Below, one piece after another: positions 20,373 to 28,962 of a stretch of DNA of 64,000 nucleotides. The position numbers and the translations under genes were made by a program. The DNA is from Minisyncoccota bacterium (lineage in GTDB: Bacteria > Patescibacteriota > Minisyncoccia > Phycocordibacterales > CAJBRS01): NCBI GenBank assembly GCA_017881075.1, contig JADGRH010000002.1:21654-85653 (forward strand), given 5' to 3'. Every line of letters starts with the position of its first letter. The first letter of the stretch is position 1. Below the pieces are notes generated by a model. The model searched no databases. It was not told the origin of the DNA and was given only the letters and a program-made list of their open reading frames with translations.

Positions 20373-21119
20373 ATGAGAACAATATATATTCTTTGGCTTC
20401 GCCAAATAAAAAAATATCTAAGATCAAAGTCACGCATTGTCGGCTCACTCGGCCAACCAATTCTTTATTTAGTGGCGTTAGGATACGGGCTTGGTTCTAT
20501 TTATGCCAAAGGTGGGGGAGGTAGTTACATTCAATTTCTGGCTCCCGGCATTATTGGAATGAGTATTCTTTTCACGGCCATATTTTCAGGTATTGAAATA
20601 ATTTGGGATAAACAATTCGGCTTCTTGAAAGAAACTTTGGTGGCGCCTGTCTCTCGTTTTAATATTATGCTTGGGAGAACTTTGGGTGGGGCGACGGTAG
20701 CGGGCATTCAGGGAATTATTGTTTTAATTATTGCGACCTTCGTCGGCTTTCGGCCGACTAATCTGGCCTTAATCATTCCCGCCATGATTTTTATGTTTCT
20801 GATCGCTCTTCTATTTACCGCCCTCGGCACCGCTATTGCCTCAAAATTGAATGATATGCAAGGTTTTCAACTGATCATGAACTTTCTGGTGATGCCGATC
20901 TTCTTTCTATCTGGTGCGCTCTTTCCGCTCACTGGTTTGCCTAAAATAATTGAAATAATCACCAAGATCAATCCACTCTCATACGGTATCGATGGTCTGC
21001 GGGGGACACTGATCAATGCCGCCACTTTTAGCTTGTGGACTGATTTCACCGTTCTAGCTCTCGTCACGTTAGCTTGTATTGCTGTAGGTGCCTACTTCTT
21101 CTCGAAGATCGAAGCTTAA
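20373..21119 (+). CDS. ABC-2 exporter permease
   Basis: Six TM helices, FLSGALFP, NPLSY. Confidence 0.92.
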   Translation: MRTIYILWLRQIKKYLRSKSRIVGSLGQPILYLVALGYGLGSIYAKGGGGSYIQFLAPGIIGMSILFTAIFSGIEIIWDKQFGFLKETLVAPVSRFNIMLGRTLGGATVAGIQGIIVLIIATFVGFRPTNLALIIPAMIFMFLIALLFTALGTAIASKLNDMQGFQLIMNFLVMPIFFLSGALFPLTGLPKIIEIITKINPLSYGIDGLRGTLINAATFSLWTDFTVLALVTLACIAVGAYFFSKIEA

Positions 21120-21237
21120 TAAATGGGAGTTTAACTCCGGTAAATTCACAGGGGAGAGGGCTTTGCCAGAATATACCAGTGTCGCACAATCATTCTTTTA
21201 CGACCTGTATACCTACAGACCCCAACTTCCTAATAAC

Positions 21238-21271
21238 AAAAAGACCGGCGCCTTTTGGCGCCGGTCTTTTT
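21238..21271. terminator. bidirectional intrinsic terminator
   Basis: AAAAAGACCGGCGCC-TTTT-GGCGCCGGTCTTTTT between convergent genes. Confidence 0.85.
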
Positions 21272-21287
21272 GATTGAGTCTAAGTGA

Positions 21288-21488
21288 TTAAGCTTTCTGG
21301 ACGTTTGTAGCAGCTGGGCCTTTTTCACCATCAGTGACGTCAAAAGTGACGGCATCGCCGACCTTCAACTCGTCATATGTGACCCCTTTCAATTCTGAAG
21401 AATGGAAAAAGAGATCCTTTGTTTCGCCTTCGCGAGCAATGAATCCAAATCCTTTTTCTGTCAGAGTGTGTATGGTTCCTTTCATCAT
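21288..21488 (-). CDS. cold-shock protein
   Basis: KGFGFI, DLFFH, KGPAATNV. Confidence 0.95.
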   Translation of the reverse strand: MMKGTIHTLTEKGFGFIAREGETKDLFFHSSELKGVTYDELKVGDAVTFDVTDGEKGPAATNVQKA

Positions 21489-21565
21489 GTGATTTTTTGA
21501 TTATTTTTTGCTTTTACTGAGAAATTCGACTTTTTTCCTCTTTTTATAAGTTTGATAATTATATA

Positions 21566-21748
21566 CTATATTCGGCGATTTCCTACTAATACCGGCGCAC
21601 TGCATTTCAGACAGACTATCTGAGCTTCACGAGTCCGAATATATTTATTGCCACAGACACACAACCAAACGATCGTCTGGGTTGGTTTCTGAATCCACTT
21701 CCCCTCTTTCTGAAAAGTTTTTTTAGAAATTTTTGGAATTATTTTCAT
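21566..21748 (-). CDS. small putative zinc-binding protein
   Basis: CVCG...CLKC in 60 aa, downstream of the helicase. Confidence 0.6.
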   Translation of the reverse strand: MKIIPKISKKTFQKEGKWIQKPTQTIVWLCVCGNKYIRTREAQIVCLKCSAPVLVGNRRI

Positions 21749-21761
21749 GTGGTTTGTGATG

Positions 21762-22991
21762 TTATTCTATGAATGTTAAGGCCTTGCCAAGCTTATCTCC
21801 ACGGCCAGTTCGTCCGATTCGGTGAACATAATCGTCATAGGTCATTGGCAGGTCATAGTTGATGACGTGGCTGACGTCAACTATGTCAAGACCTCGGGCA
21901 GCCACATCTGTTGCCACTAGCACCTGTATCTCACTATCTTTAAAGGCCTGCAGCGCACGCTGTCTCTGAGATTGATTTTTATTACCGTGAATTGAAGCGG
22001 CTTTCAAACCTTTTTGGGCAAGTGATTTTGAAAGTTTTTCTACGCCGTGCTTGGTCCGGCCAAAGACGAGAACCTTAGTCAGTTCATTCTTGAGTAACAG
22101 TTCATGTAGGGCCTGGAACTTATCTCCACCCTTCCCCACCCTCACAACATCTTGGTCTACATTTTTTGCTGTGTCGCGAGTTTTTACCGAGATCTTGATC
22201 GGTTCCGTCAGGAACTCCTTGATCAAATTTTCAATATCGGCAGAGACAGTGGCGGAGAAGAAGAGAGTTTGTCGGTCTTTGGGCATAGCATTCATGATGG
22301 TACGCATGTCGTTGACGAATCCCATATCCAGCATTCTGTCAGCCTCATCCAGGACGATATTCTGGAATTCGTGGAGGCGAATGAGTTTGCGCTCAATAAG
22401 ATCTTTAAGTCGTCCGGGAGTGCCGATAACGAAGCTGTTCTGGTGCCGTAAAGCAGCTATTTGCTTGCCTATAGGCGCTCCACCAACGCAGCAGACCCCG
22501 AATAACTTCATTCCTGCGACAAAGCCACGAAGTTCGTCCTCAATTTGAATGGCGAGCTCTCGGGTCGGAACAATTATCATTACCTGTTCCCTTCGGTCAA
22601 GAAGAACTTTGTTTATTAAAGGAATAAGGAAAGCTGCCGTTTTGCCGGTTCCAGTATTGGCCACTCCCACGACATCGTGTCCCTCAAGAATATGAGGAAT
22701 GGATCGGTCCTGGATCGGTGTGGGCGTGATATAGCCTTTCTTGATGACGGCGGTCTTCAGTTCCGGAGTGATCTTAAAATCGGCGAAAGAATGCTCAGGT
22801 TTGAAGACGACGGACTCCTCGGTAACTGAGACTTTATTTATAAATCTAGCGAAGTCTATTCGCTCGCCTTGCCGGCCTGCAGGGCGTCTGCCACCTCTTT
22901 GCGGCCCACGATTAAACTGCCTTGGCCGACTGCCAATTCGAGAATACGAATATTGCTTACCGCTTCCGCGGTTTGAGTATCTATTATTCAT
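21762..22991 (-). CDS. DEAD-box RNA helicase
   Basis: TGTGKT, PTRELA, DEAD, SAT, HRIGRTGR. Confidence 0.97.
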   Translation of the reverse strand: MNNRYSNRGSGKQYSYSRIGSRPRQFNRGPQRGGRRPAGRQGERIDFARFINKVSVTEESVVFKPEHSFADFKITPELKTAVIKKGYITPTPIQDRSIPHILEGHDVVGVANTGTGKTAAFLIPLINKVLLDRREQVMIIVPTRELAIQIEDELRGFVAGMKLFGVCCVGGAPIGKQIAALRHQNSFVIGTPGRLKDLIERKLIRLHEFQNIVLDEADRMLDMGFVNDMRTIMNAMPKDRQTLFFSATVSADIENLIKEFLTEPIKISVKTRDTAKNVDQDVVRVGKGGDKFQALHELLLKNELTKVLVFGRTKHGVEKLSKSLAQKGLKAASIHGNKNQSQRQRALQAFKDSEIQVLVATDVAARGLDIVDVSHVINYDLPMTYDDYVHRIGRTGRGDKLGKALTFIE

Positions 22992-23166
22992 TGTGATTAT
23001 CTAATATTAATGCGATTTCTCGCAAACTCTGTCCCGAAGGGTTTAGATAAGTCACTAGTATCGACTGCCTTGAGATTTAGTTATGTCTAGATACTAACAA
23101 AAGACCTCTTATTTGTCAAGGGTGTAAAGTTATGGTAGGGTCAAAGTAGACAAACACACCAATACG

Positions 23167-23751
23167 ATGAACCCAAACTTGAACCTTATATTACCAAAAA
23201 CTTTTGTTGATTCCGCTTCCATTGTTCGCCCGCTTTTCTACCTGGCAGGACCGGTGCGTGGCGCCGACAACTGGCAGGAGCAGGCTTGCGGTTTCCTCCA
23301 TTACCGACTTGGAGATCAATGCACGGTGGTAACCCCTAACCGATGGGGTCCCGATCATCCGCTCCATCTATATCGGATGAAGGGCGACGAGCATCATTTT
23401 GCATCACAAACCGATTGGGAAAGGCATTACCTCAATTACGCCTCTTCCAATGGATGCATACTCTGTTGGCTGCCATGTGAAAGCAAGGAAAATCCGCGCA
23501 CGGAAGATCTACCGTATGCTCGCGATACCTACGGCGAACTCGGCCGATGGGGAGAGAGAATGAGATCTCGTCCGGCCGTCGGTATGGTCGTCGGAGCCGA
23601 ACCGGATTTCCCCGGCCTGAGCGTCATCGCCAAAAACCTTGCCGCCGACGTGGGAGACAAGATCAAGATCCAACCCACCCTTAAGCTCACCGTTGAAGCG
23701 GCCATTGAGAGGTACACCGAGTTGGCCTCGATGGGTCTCTCAGGTAAATAG
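23167..23751 (+). CDS. nucleoside 2-deoxyribosyltransferase-like protein
   Basis: FYLAGPV...WQ...Q.DWE...YGELG; paralog of 59209-59760. Confidence 0.7.
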   Translation: MNPNLNLILPKTFVDSASIVRPLFYLAGPVRGADNWQEQACGFLHYRLGDQCTVVTPNRWGPDHPLHLYRMKGDEHHFASQTDWERHYLNYASSNGCILCWLPCESKENPRTEDLPYARDTYGELGRWGERMRSRPAVGMVVGAEPDFPGLSVIAKNLAADVGDKIKIQPTLKLTVEAAIERYTELASMGLSGK

Positions 23752-23829
23752 GCCGACAGTTTCATTCTCGTCCACTAGCAATAGCGAAGGACGAGATTTT
23801 ATTTAGTAAGAGGTTTAACCTCTTATAAC

Positions 23830-24084
23830 TTAACTTAGATGTTTTGAGACAAGCTTAGTCATTTCGAACATGTTGACCTTTGCTTTGCCATCAAATACCT
23901 TCTTTAGGTTCTCGTCAGCGATGATATCGCGCTTATTCTTAGGGTCTTGAAGATCTTTCTTCTTGATGTAAGCCCAAAGCTGCTTCACTACCTCTGATCG
24001 AGGCATAGGACCTTTCCCTACCACCGCCTCTAGATCGGCGCTGAGATTCATCGGCTTCATAAATGCGGAATTCGATTTTGCCAT
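23830..24084 (-). CDS. stand-alone SWIB/MDM2 domain protein
   Basis: LSADL...RSEVVKQLWAYIKKKDLQDPKNKR...MFEMTK. Confidence 0.92.
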   Translation of the reverse strand: MAKSNSAFMKPMNLSADLEAVVGKGPMPRSEVVKQLWAYIKKKDLQDPKNKRDIIADENLKKVFDGKAKVNMFEMTKLVSKHLS

Positions 24085-24177
24085 AGCTTAAATAAATTAG
24101 TTTAATAACCCCTCTATTATACCATAGGACTACTCCCTTCTGTATAGGGGGTTATCCTTTTCTACGTTGACGACTTA

Positions 24178-24246
24178 TGGACGTGACGGGAATCGAACCC
24201 GCTCACCTCAAATGGTAGGTTTGAGGCGCTATCCAATAGCACGCCC
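24178..24246 (-). ncRNA. tRNA-shaped RNA, copy 1 (non-canonical, Val-like)
   Basis: 7-bp acceptor GGGCGTG/CACGTCC+A, canonical T arm, mini D arm, 9-bp stem with CCTACCA loop; compensatory changes versus copy 2. Confidence 0.8.
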
Positions 24247-24320
24247 ACGATGTGAATTACCATCTCACATCAATATGAATAATACTGATGGGTAATGAAA
24301 TAGATTAAAACGAAAATTAA

Positions 24321-24372
24321 ATTAAAAATAAAGACCGCATCTCTGCGGTCTTTATTGCCTCAAACCTACCAC
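24321..24372 (-). ncRNA. short leader/antisense RNA plus terminator, copy 1
   Basis: GTGGTAGGTTTGAGGC, then a 13-bp hairpin (24327-24356) and T tract; 15 nt complementary to the tRNA-like RNA at 24213-24227. Confidence 0.7.
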
Positions 24373-24378
24373 CACTAA

Positions 24379-24406
24379 ATTATATTTCTTTACTTTATTT
24401 TGTCAA
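24379..24406 (-). promoter_or_regulatory. consensus sigma70 promoter
   Basis: TTGACA-16 nt-TATAAT, conserved at 33454-33481. Confidence 0.85.
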
Positions 24407-24427
24407 AGCTTTTTATTTAAAAATTCT

Positions 24428-24475
24428 ACGTCGAAAGTCTGCTGATTTCGACGCGATTTTTACGCTTAAAAATCG
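24428..24475. repeat. 48-bp double-hairpin REP-like element abutting a cassette site
   Basis: CGTCGAAA/TTTCGACG and CGATTTTTA/TAAAAATCG stems; also at 33503-33550 and 34565-34612. Confidence 0.85.
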
Positions 24476-24679
24476 GCTGGGGGTCTGGGACGATGCTCCC
24501 GATTTCTTAGTTTTGCAAAAACTGTAGAAATCGCAGTCCTGTTAAGGGCTCCCTGTTTGTTCAAGAGCAAAGCGATTGACTACAAACAGCAGTCCCCTTG
24601 GGAGGTTGGAACTTTTTTGAGTAATTCAATATAAAAAAGAGGCCGCAGATTTCTCCGCGGCCCCCATAGACCTTGCCAA

Positions 24680-25246
24680 TTATTTTGCTTCGGCGTTGAT
24701 TTCTTCGATTGTGTGGCTGATCGCGGTTCTTTCCGCTTCAATCTGTTTTTCGATCCATTGCTTAACGGATAGCCCTCGTGGTGATTTGTAGACAATCACT
24801 GCCTTGATCTTGTCGTAGTAAGACAAGATAGTATCAACATCACCTGCCTTTTCCAGAAGATGGTAAAGACGATGGCTGATTGATTCTCCGGGGTCAACTT
24901 CACCCGTAATCTCGATTGTCTTCCGGGTTGAGATTTTCGGGCCAAAGAGAACGTATCGCCGACATTCTACTCTTTTGTCGATGATAGTTTTTACCAGATT
25001 ACCCGAAGCGTCGAGTAACCACGCCTGTTCTATTTCGTAGTAACCCTCCCCAAAATATTTGGAGTGAAGGTGGCGACCGACAATCTCAGGAACGATTCGA
25101 GAAACGTAAACCTGGGTTATCGAACCTTTGACGTATTTTCTCACCCAAGGAAACTCCTCGAAAAAGGCGTCAATTTTTGTAGAGGGCATCACTACTTGAT
25201 TTTCTCCCCGTTGCATTAGGACTTCTTGCGTTATCAGTTCTTTCAT
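24680..25246 (-). CDS. hypothetical cassette protein
   Basis: 188-aa ORF between sites, with its own TTGACA-17-TAAAAT promoter and terminator. Confidence 0.75.
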   Translation of the reverse strand: MKELITQEVLMQRGENQVVMPSTKIDAFFEEFPWVRKYVKGSITQVYVSRIVPEIVGRHLHSKYFGEGYYEIEQAWLLDASGNLVKTIIDKRVECRRYVLFGPKISTRKTIEITGEVDPGESISHRLYHLLEKAGDVDTILSYYDKIKAVIVYKSPRGLSVKQWIEKQIEAERTAISHTIEEINAEAK

Positions 25247-25453
25247 CTGGTACTTTCTTAGCGCATGATTATTACCAAGCTATCAATGTCGCGTCTCGCT
25301 AGATTGATTAACCTGCCAACCATAGGATTTCCTCTCGCGTCTCACGAAAAGAAGTGCATGTGTCAATGAGCCAATACCACCATATTTTACCAAGATTTTA
25401 GGTAATTGTCAATATAATCGGATTATAATTATTGATTTCGATGTAAATTTTTA

Positions 25454-25480
25454 GCTAGGGGTCTGGTACGATGTTGGAAC
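25454..25480 (+). repeat. 27-bp cassette recombination site (representative copy)
   Basis: GCTAGGGGTCTGGTACGATGTTGGAAC; about 22 same-orientation copies between 24476 and 44982. Confidence 0.95.
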
Positions 25481-25711
25481 TTTTGTGGCAGTTTAGATTG
25501 CTTCCATCCGATTCATTAAAATCCATACCCATCCACCATCTTGGGTTTATTCACGTCTATCCTGTTAGAATATTCGTAAATCCCTACCCCTATTATTAGT
25601 AGGACAAAAAATACTATAACTATTGTCAACACTGAAATTAGAAGTTTCTTTTTATTCATCGTTGAATTATATCATTTGTAGTTGGGGGTCTGGTACGATG
25701 TTGGAACTTTT

Positions 25712-26266
25712 TTACTGAACCAGTTCTAAGAATTGAGACAAAATAGCGGGTTCTTGGGATTCGGTAATATGTCCTGCGTTAGGCAGAACCACAGCATGAA
25801 CCATGATTTCAGCAAACTTCTGAGTATTTTCTTTAAATGCTCCGTATGGATCGTCATCGGAAATGATGAGTATAGATTTTGGAAGAACCGATCTTACTTT
25901 CTCAAGATTAATAGGAGTTTCAATCCAGGGCTTTGCGACTGCTTCCTCTTCTTCATCTTCCAAATTTTCTAAATTAAACCAACCCGAAACAAAAATTGCT
26001 CCGCCTACAGATTGATTTATTGTTTCCAAGTATCTCAAAATGGTCTGGCAACCAATGCTGTGACCAATAAAATAAGTTTCACTATCAGGAACACCTGTTA
26101 TTTTTGAAAGGTGCTCCACCCATGAGTTAATGACCGGCGTTTCAGTATCCGGCATAGACGGAACAATCACCTCATAATTTAACTTTTCAAGTTCATTCTT
26201 TAACCACGGAAGCCAGTTCTCGTCTGGACTCCCACCCCATCCATGAACGATAATTACTTTTTTCAT
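25712..26266 (-). CDS. RBBP9/YdeN-family alpha/beta hydrolase (cassette)
   Basis: IVHGWGG...NWLPWL, GHSIG nucleophile, SDDDPY, AGH. Confidence 0.9.
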   Translation of the reverse strand: MKKVIIVHGWGGSPDENWLPWLKNELEKLNYEVIVPSMPDTETPVINSWVEHLSKITGVPDSETYFIGHSIGCQTILRYLETINQSVGGAIFVSGWFNLENLEDEEEEAVAKPWIETPINLEKVRSVLPKSILIISDDDPYGAFKENTQKFAEIMVHAVVLPNAGHITESQEPAILSQFLELVQ

Positions 26267-26338
26267 AAAATTAGTATATCAAAGCGAAAAAATGTTTGCT
26301 GGGGGTCTGGTACGATGTTGGAACCTTTATGAAAATAG

Positions 26339-26839
26339 CTATTTCTTGATTAACATATCCACAAACAAGAATCGGTGCTTGAGGAATACATGCCAAAAGG
26401 CCGCCACAAAAACCGCAGTTATAAAATAACCCACCATAAGAAATATAAAAAGCCCGAGAATGGGTAGTTCAAGTTTGTAAGTCCACACACGAAAGAAATA
26501 ATTGATGATTTCGTAGCCCGCCATTGTGATCATCGTCCAGACAAAGAAGTGCCGTAATCTTGCTTGTTGCATGAGCAGTATATGGGCCGCAAAGAGTCCG
26601 TACACAGCCGCGGCAATAGGGATTAGGGTGAGCGCACCATATCCAAGCGTATATGACCAGAGTCCAAAGGATTTTCCGTACACAAGGTCAGATAGTAGAC
26701 CGATTACTATTCCAGTGAGAACACCCCATCCGAGGATGCGTGGCACATCAGAAAGTTTTTTCTCGTAATATGCGTGAGTAACGAAAACAATAAGCTGCAC
26801 AAAAAAGAAAACTGCAAAATTTAACCAGGCTTCTGACAT
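26339..26839 (-). CDS. multi-pass membrane protein (cassette)
   Basis: About 5 hydrophobic helices; ATG 6 nt after TATAAT. Confidence 0.75.
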   Translation of the reverse strand: MSEAWLNFAVFFFVQLIVFVTHAYYEKKLSDVPRILGWGVLTGIVIGLLSDLVYGKSFGLWSYTLGYGALTLIPIAAAVYGLFAAHILLMQQARLRHFFVWTMITMAGYEIINYFFRVWTYKLELPILGLFIFLMVGYFITAVFVAAFWHVFLKHRFLFVDMLIKK

Positions 26840-27031
26840 ATACAGATTATATCGTACCACTGGGGGTCTGGTACGATGTTGGAACCTTTTTGATAAGATT
26901 AGGCAGATAAATCGTTAGGTTCGTTCCCTACGCCATAAACCTACTTGATTTGCCATTTTATATAACTTATGGTATTATTAATTTAGACTAGGATGTTTCC
27001 TAATGCGGTCTAGCGATTCTACTGAAACTAT

Positions 27032-27394
27032 ATGGATATTATCTATCTCGCAATTGTTATGGGGGCAGGAAGCTACGCATGGTTAAAGTCCTTTCAATCA
27101 CTAGCAAAGGGTCAGAGGCCTTCCAATACCCTAACGGGACTCCAATGGGTATGCATGGTGTGCATTCTCATTTTGGCGTGGCCGGAGAGCAAATCAACCA
27201 ACAAGGAATATGAGCGGTGGCTGAGCACGTTTGAGCAGTACGGCGGAAGGACGATGGGGCCAATGCCAAAAACTACCCCGCAACTGAAATCACGAAGACC
27301 TCGTTTAGCGTTCAATCCGCAGACTGGGTCTTTTTTATTTAAATTCCTCGCTGGGGGTCTGGTACGACGTTGGAACTTTCATCGCGTGTTTTAG
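27032..27394 (+). CDS. small membrane protein (cassette); frame reads through terminator and site
   Basis: Two hydrophobic segments; TTGCCA-17-TATTAT upstream; the C-terminal tail may be a read-through artefact. Confidence 0.55.
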   Translation: MDIIYLAIVMGAGSYAWLKSFQSLAKGQRPSNTLTGLQWVCMVCILILAWPESKSTNKEYERWLSTFEQYGGRTMGPMPKTTPQLKSRRPRLAFNPQTGSFLFKFLAGGLVRRWNFHRVF

Positions 27395-27488
27395 GTATTA
27401 GTCTTCATGGTTGATCCCTACCCACGCAGCTGGACAACATTTTTTTTATGTGGTAATTTAAATACGAAAGAAAGGAGGAGAAGGAGAA

Positions 27489-27665
27489 ATGTACTTTAAG
27501 ATTCTGGTAATTATAGTTTGTGGCATTGGGACATCCATGCTGGGTGGAATACTCGATGCGGTAATGGGAGTGGATTTAACCCTTAGCCAAGATGTTGTCA
27601 CAAGCATCCCCGACGTCATGTTCGGTGGTGTTCTGGGATGGGCACTGACATCTAAAGCGAAATAG
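27489..27665 (+). CDS. 58-aa two-TM protein (cassette; below ORF-track cutoff)
   Basis: MYFKILVIIVCGIGTSMLGG...GWALTSKAK preceded by AGGAGG/AGGAG. Confidence 0.65.
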   Translation: MYFKILVIIVCGIGTSMLGGILDAVMGVDLTLSQDVVTSIPDVMFGGVLGWALTSKAK

Positions 27666-27776
27666 CCCAGGAACTGGAGCTATTACAAAAAGTAGCGACG
27701 GGAGAAGCCACCTCCTTGTAAAATGTCGTGGCATCTGTGTCGGGCGACAACGCCTGACTTTTATTTACAAATTCTT

Positions 27777-27800
27777 GCTGGGGATTAAGGACTCGAACCT
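27777..27800 (-). other. tRNA-Gln-like 3' fragment ending array A
   Basis: Reverse complement AGGTTCGAGTCCTTAATCCCCAGC gives a T arm plus acceptor 3' strand; no 5' half present. Confidence 0.75.
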
Positions 27801-27808
27801 TTGAAAGT

Positions 27809-28960
27809 CTACTCTTTTGACGGTTTCTCATGATGATAATACTTCTTCCCTTTCAATTTCTCCGGCAAAAGGTCTTCTTTGGGGTAGCGTTCGTAGCCTT
27901 TGCCGTAGCCGAGGTCCTTCATGAGCTTGGTGGGGGCGTTACGAATGATCATTGGAATGGGAAGATTGCCAAATTTTTTGACGTCTTCGACTGCTCGGCC
28001 GTAGGCTTCGTAGGAAGCTTTGCTTTTGGGTTGACGGCAGAGATAGACTACGCCGTCAGCCAGATTGATAGCACATTCGGGCAGGCCGATAACCTCGACG
28101 GCCTTAAAGACTTCGTTCGCCACCACCAAGGCAGTTGGATTAGCTTGACCGATGTCTTCTGAGGCAAAGATCACCATTCGTCTTGCGATGAATTTAGGAT
28201 CTTCGCCGCTATCTAGCATGCGGGCCAGGTAATAAAGTGCCGCGTCCGGCTGGCTAGCTCGCATACTTTTAATAAAAGCGCTGATGATGTTGTAGTGCTC
28301 CTCCCCTTTCTTATCAAAACGAAGAAATTTATTCTGTAGAGTATCGGCCAAAGTCTTTGGAGTAATTTTCGAATAAAGTTTGGACGCGGCCTCCAACATA
28401 CTGATGGCTTGTCGGGCATCACCATTCGCCATGCCGATCAACCATTCCTTGGCTGCCTTCGAAAGTTTCATCTCCGTGCGGCCAATTATTTTCATCATCT
28501 CCTCGTCTGACAATTCATTCAAAATAAATACTCGACAACGCGATAGGAGCGCCGAGATCACTTCAAAGCTTGGGTTCTCGGTAGTAGCACCGACCAAGGT
28601 TATTTCGCCACTTTCAACATACGGCAGAAGAAAATCCTGTTGAGCTTTGTTGAAGCGATGAATTTCATCTAAAAATAAAAGTTTTGGTTTGGAGAGGAGA
28701 TTTTGTTTATCGACCAATTGCCTAATATCATCCTTTCCGGCCGATACAGCCGAGAGATGATGAAACTCTACATCCAAAGCTCTGGCATATATTTTGGCCA
28801 GCGTCGTCTTCCCCACTCCCGGCGGACCCCACAAAACAAATGAAAAGAGATGCTTTTCTTTTATGGCAATAGCCAAAGGCTTATCTTTGCCGACTAGATG
28901 CGACTGACCGACAAACTCCTTTAAATTCTTAGGCCGGATCCGAGAGGCTAGAGGTTCCAA
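27809..28960 (-). CDS. rarA: replication-associated recombination protein A
   Basis: PLASRIRP, GPPGVGKTT, DEIHRFNKAQQD, SAFIKSMR, ASEDIG. Confidence 0.96.
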   Translation of the reverse strand: MEPLASRIRPKNLKEFVGQSHLVGKDKPLAIAIKEKHLFSFVLWGPPGVGKTTLAKIYARALDVEFHHLSAVSAGKDDIRQLVDKQNLLSKPKLLFLDEIHRFNKAQQDFLLPYVESGEITLVGATTENPSFEVISALLSRCRVFILNELSDEEMMKIIGRTEMKLSKAAKEWLIGMANGDARQAISMLEAASKLYSKITPKTLADTLQNKFLRFDKKGEEHYNIISAFIKSMRASQPDAALYYLARMLDSGEDPKFIARRMVIFASEDIGQANPTALVVANEVFKAVEVIGLPECAINLADGVVYLCRQPKSKASYEAYGRAVEDVKKFGNLPIPMIIRNAPTKLMKDLGYGKGYERYPKEDLLPEKLKGKKYYHHEKPSKE

Positions 28961-28962
28961 TT

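Larger units (their letters stand above)
24178..27800. mobile_element. cassette array A (RNA module plus 6 cassettes, 7 sites)
   Basis: Sites at 24476 (interrupted, ends 24612), 25454, 25681, 26298, 26859, 27350 and the tRNA-end-like site at 27777. Confidence 0.85.

Noticed and set aside
24178-24246. Canonical tRNA-Val(TAC)
   Set aside because: It lacks U8/A9 and U33, has a truncated D arm and an over-long anticodon stem; reported as a tRNA-like ncRNA instead.
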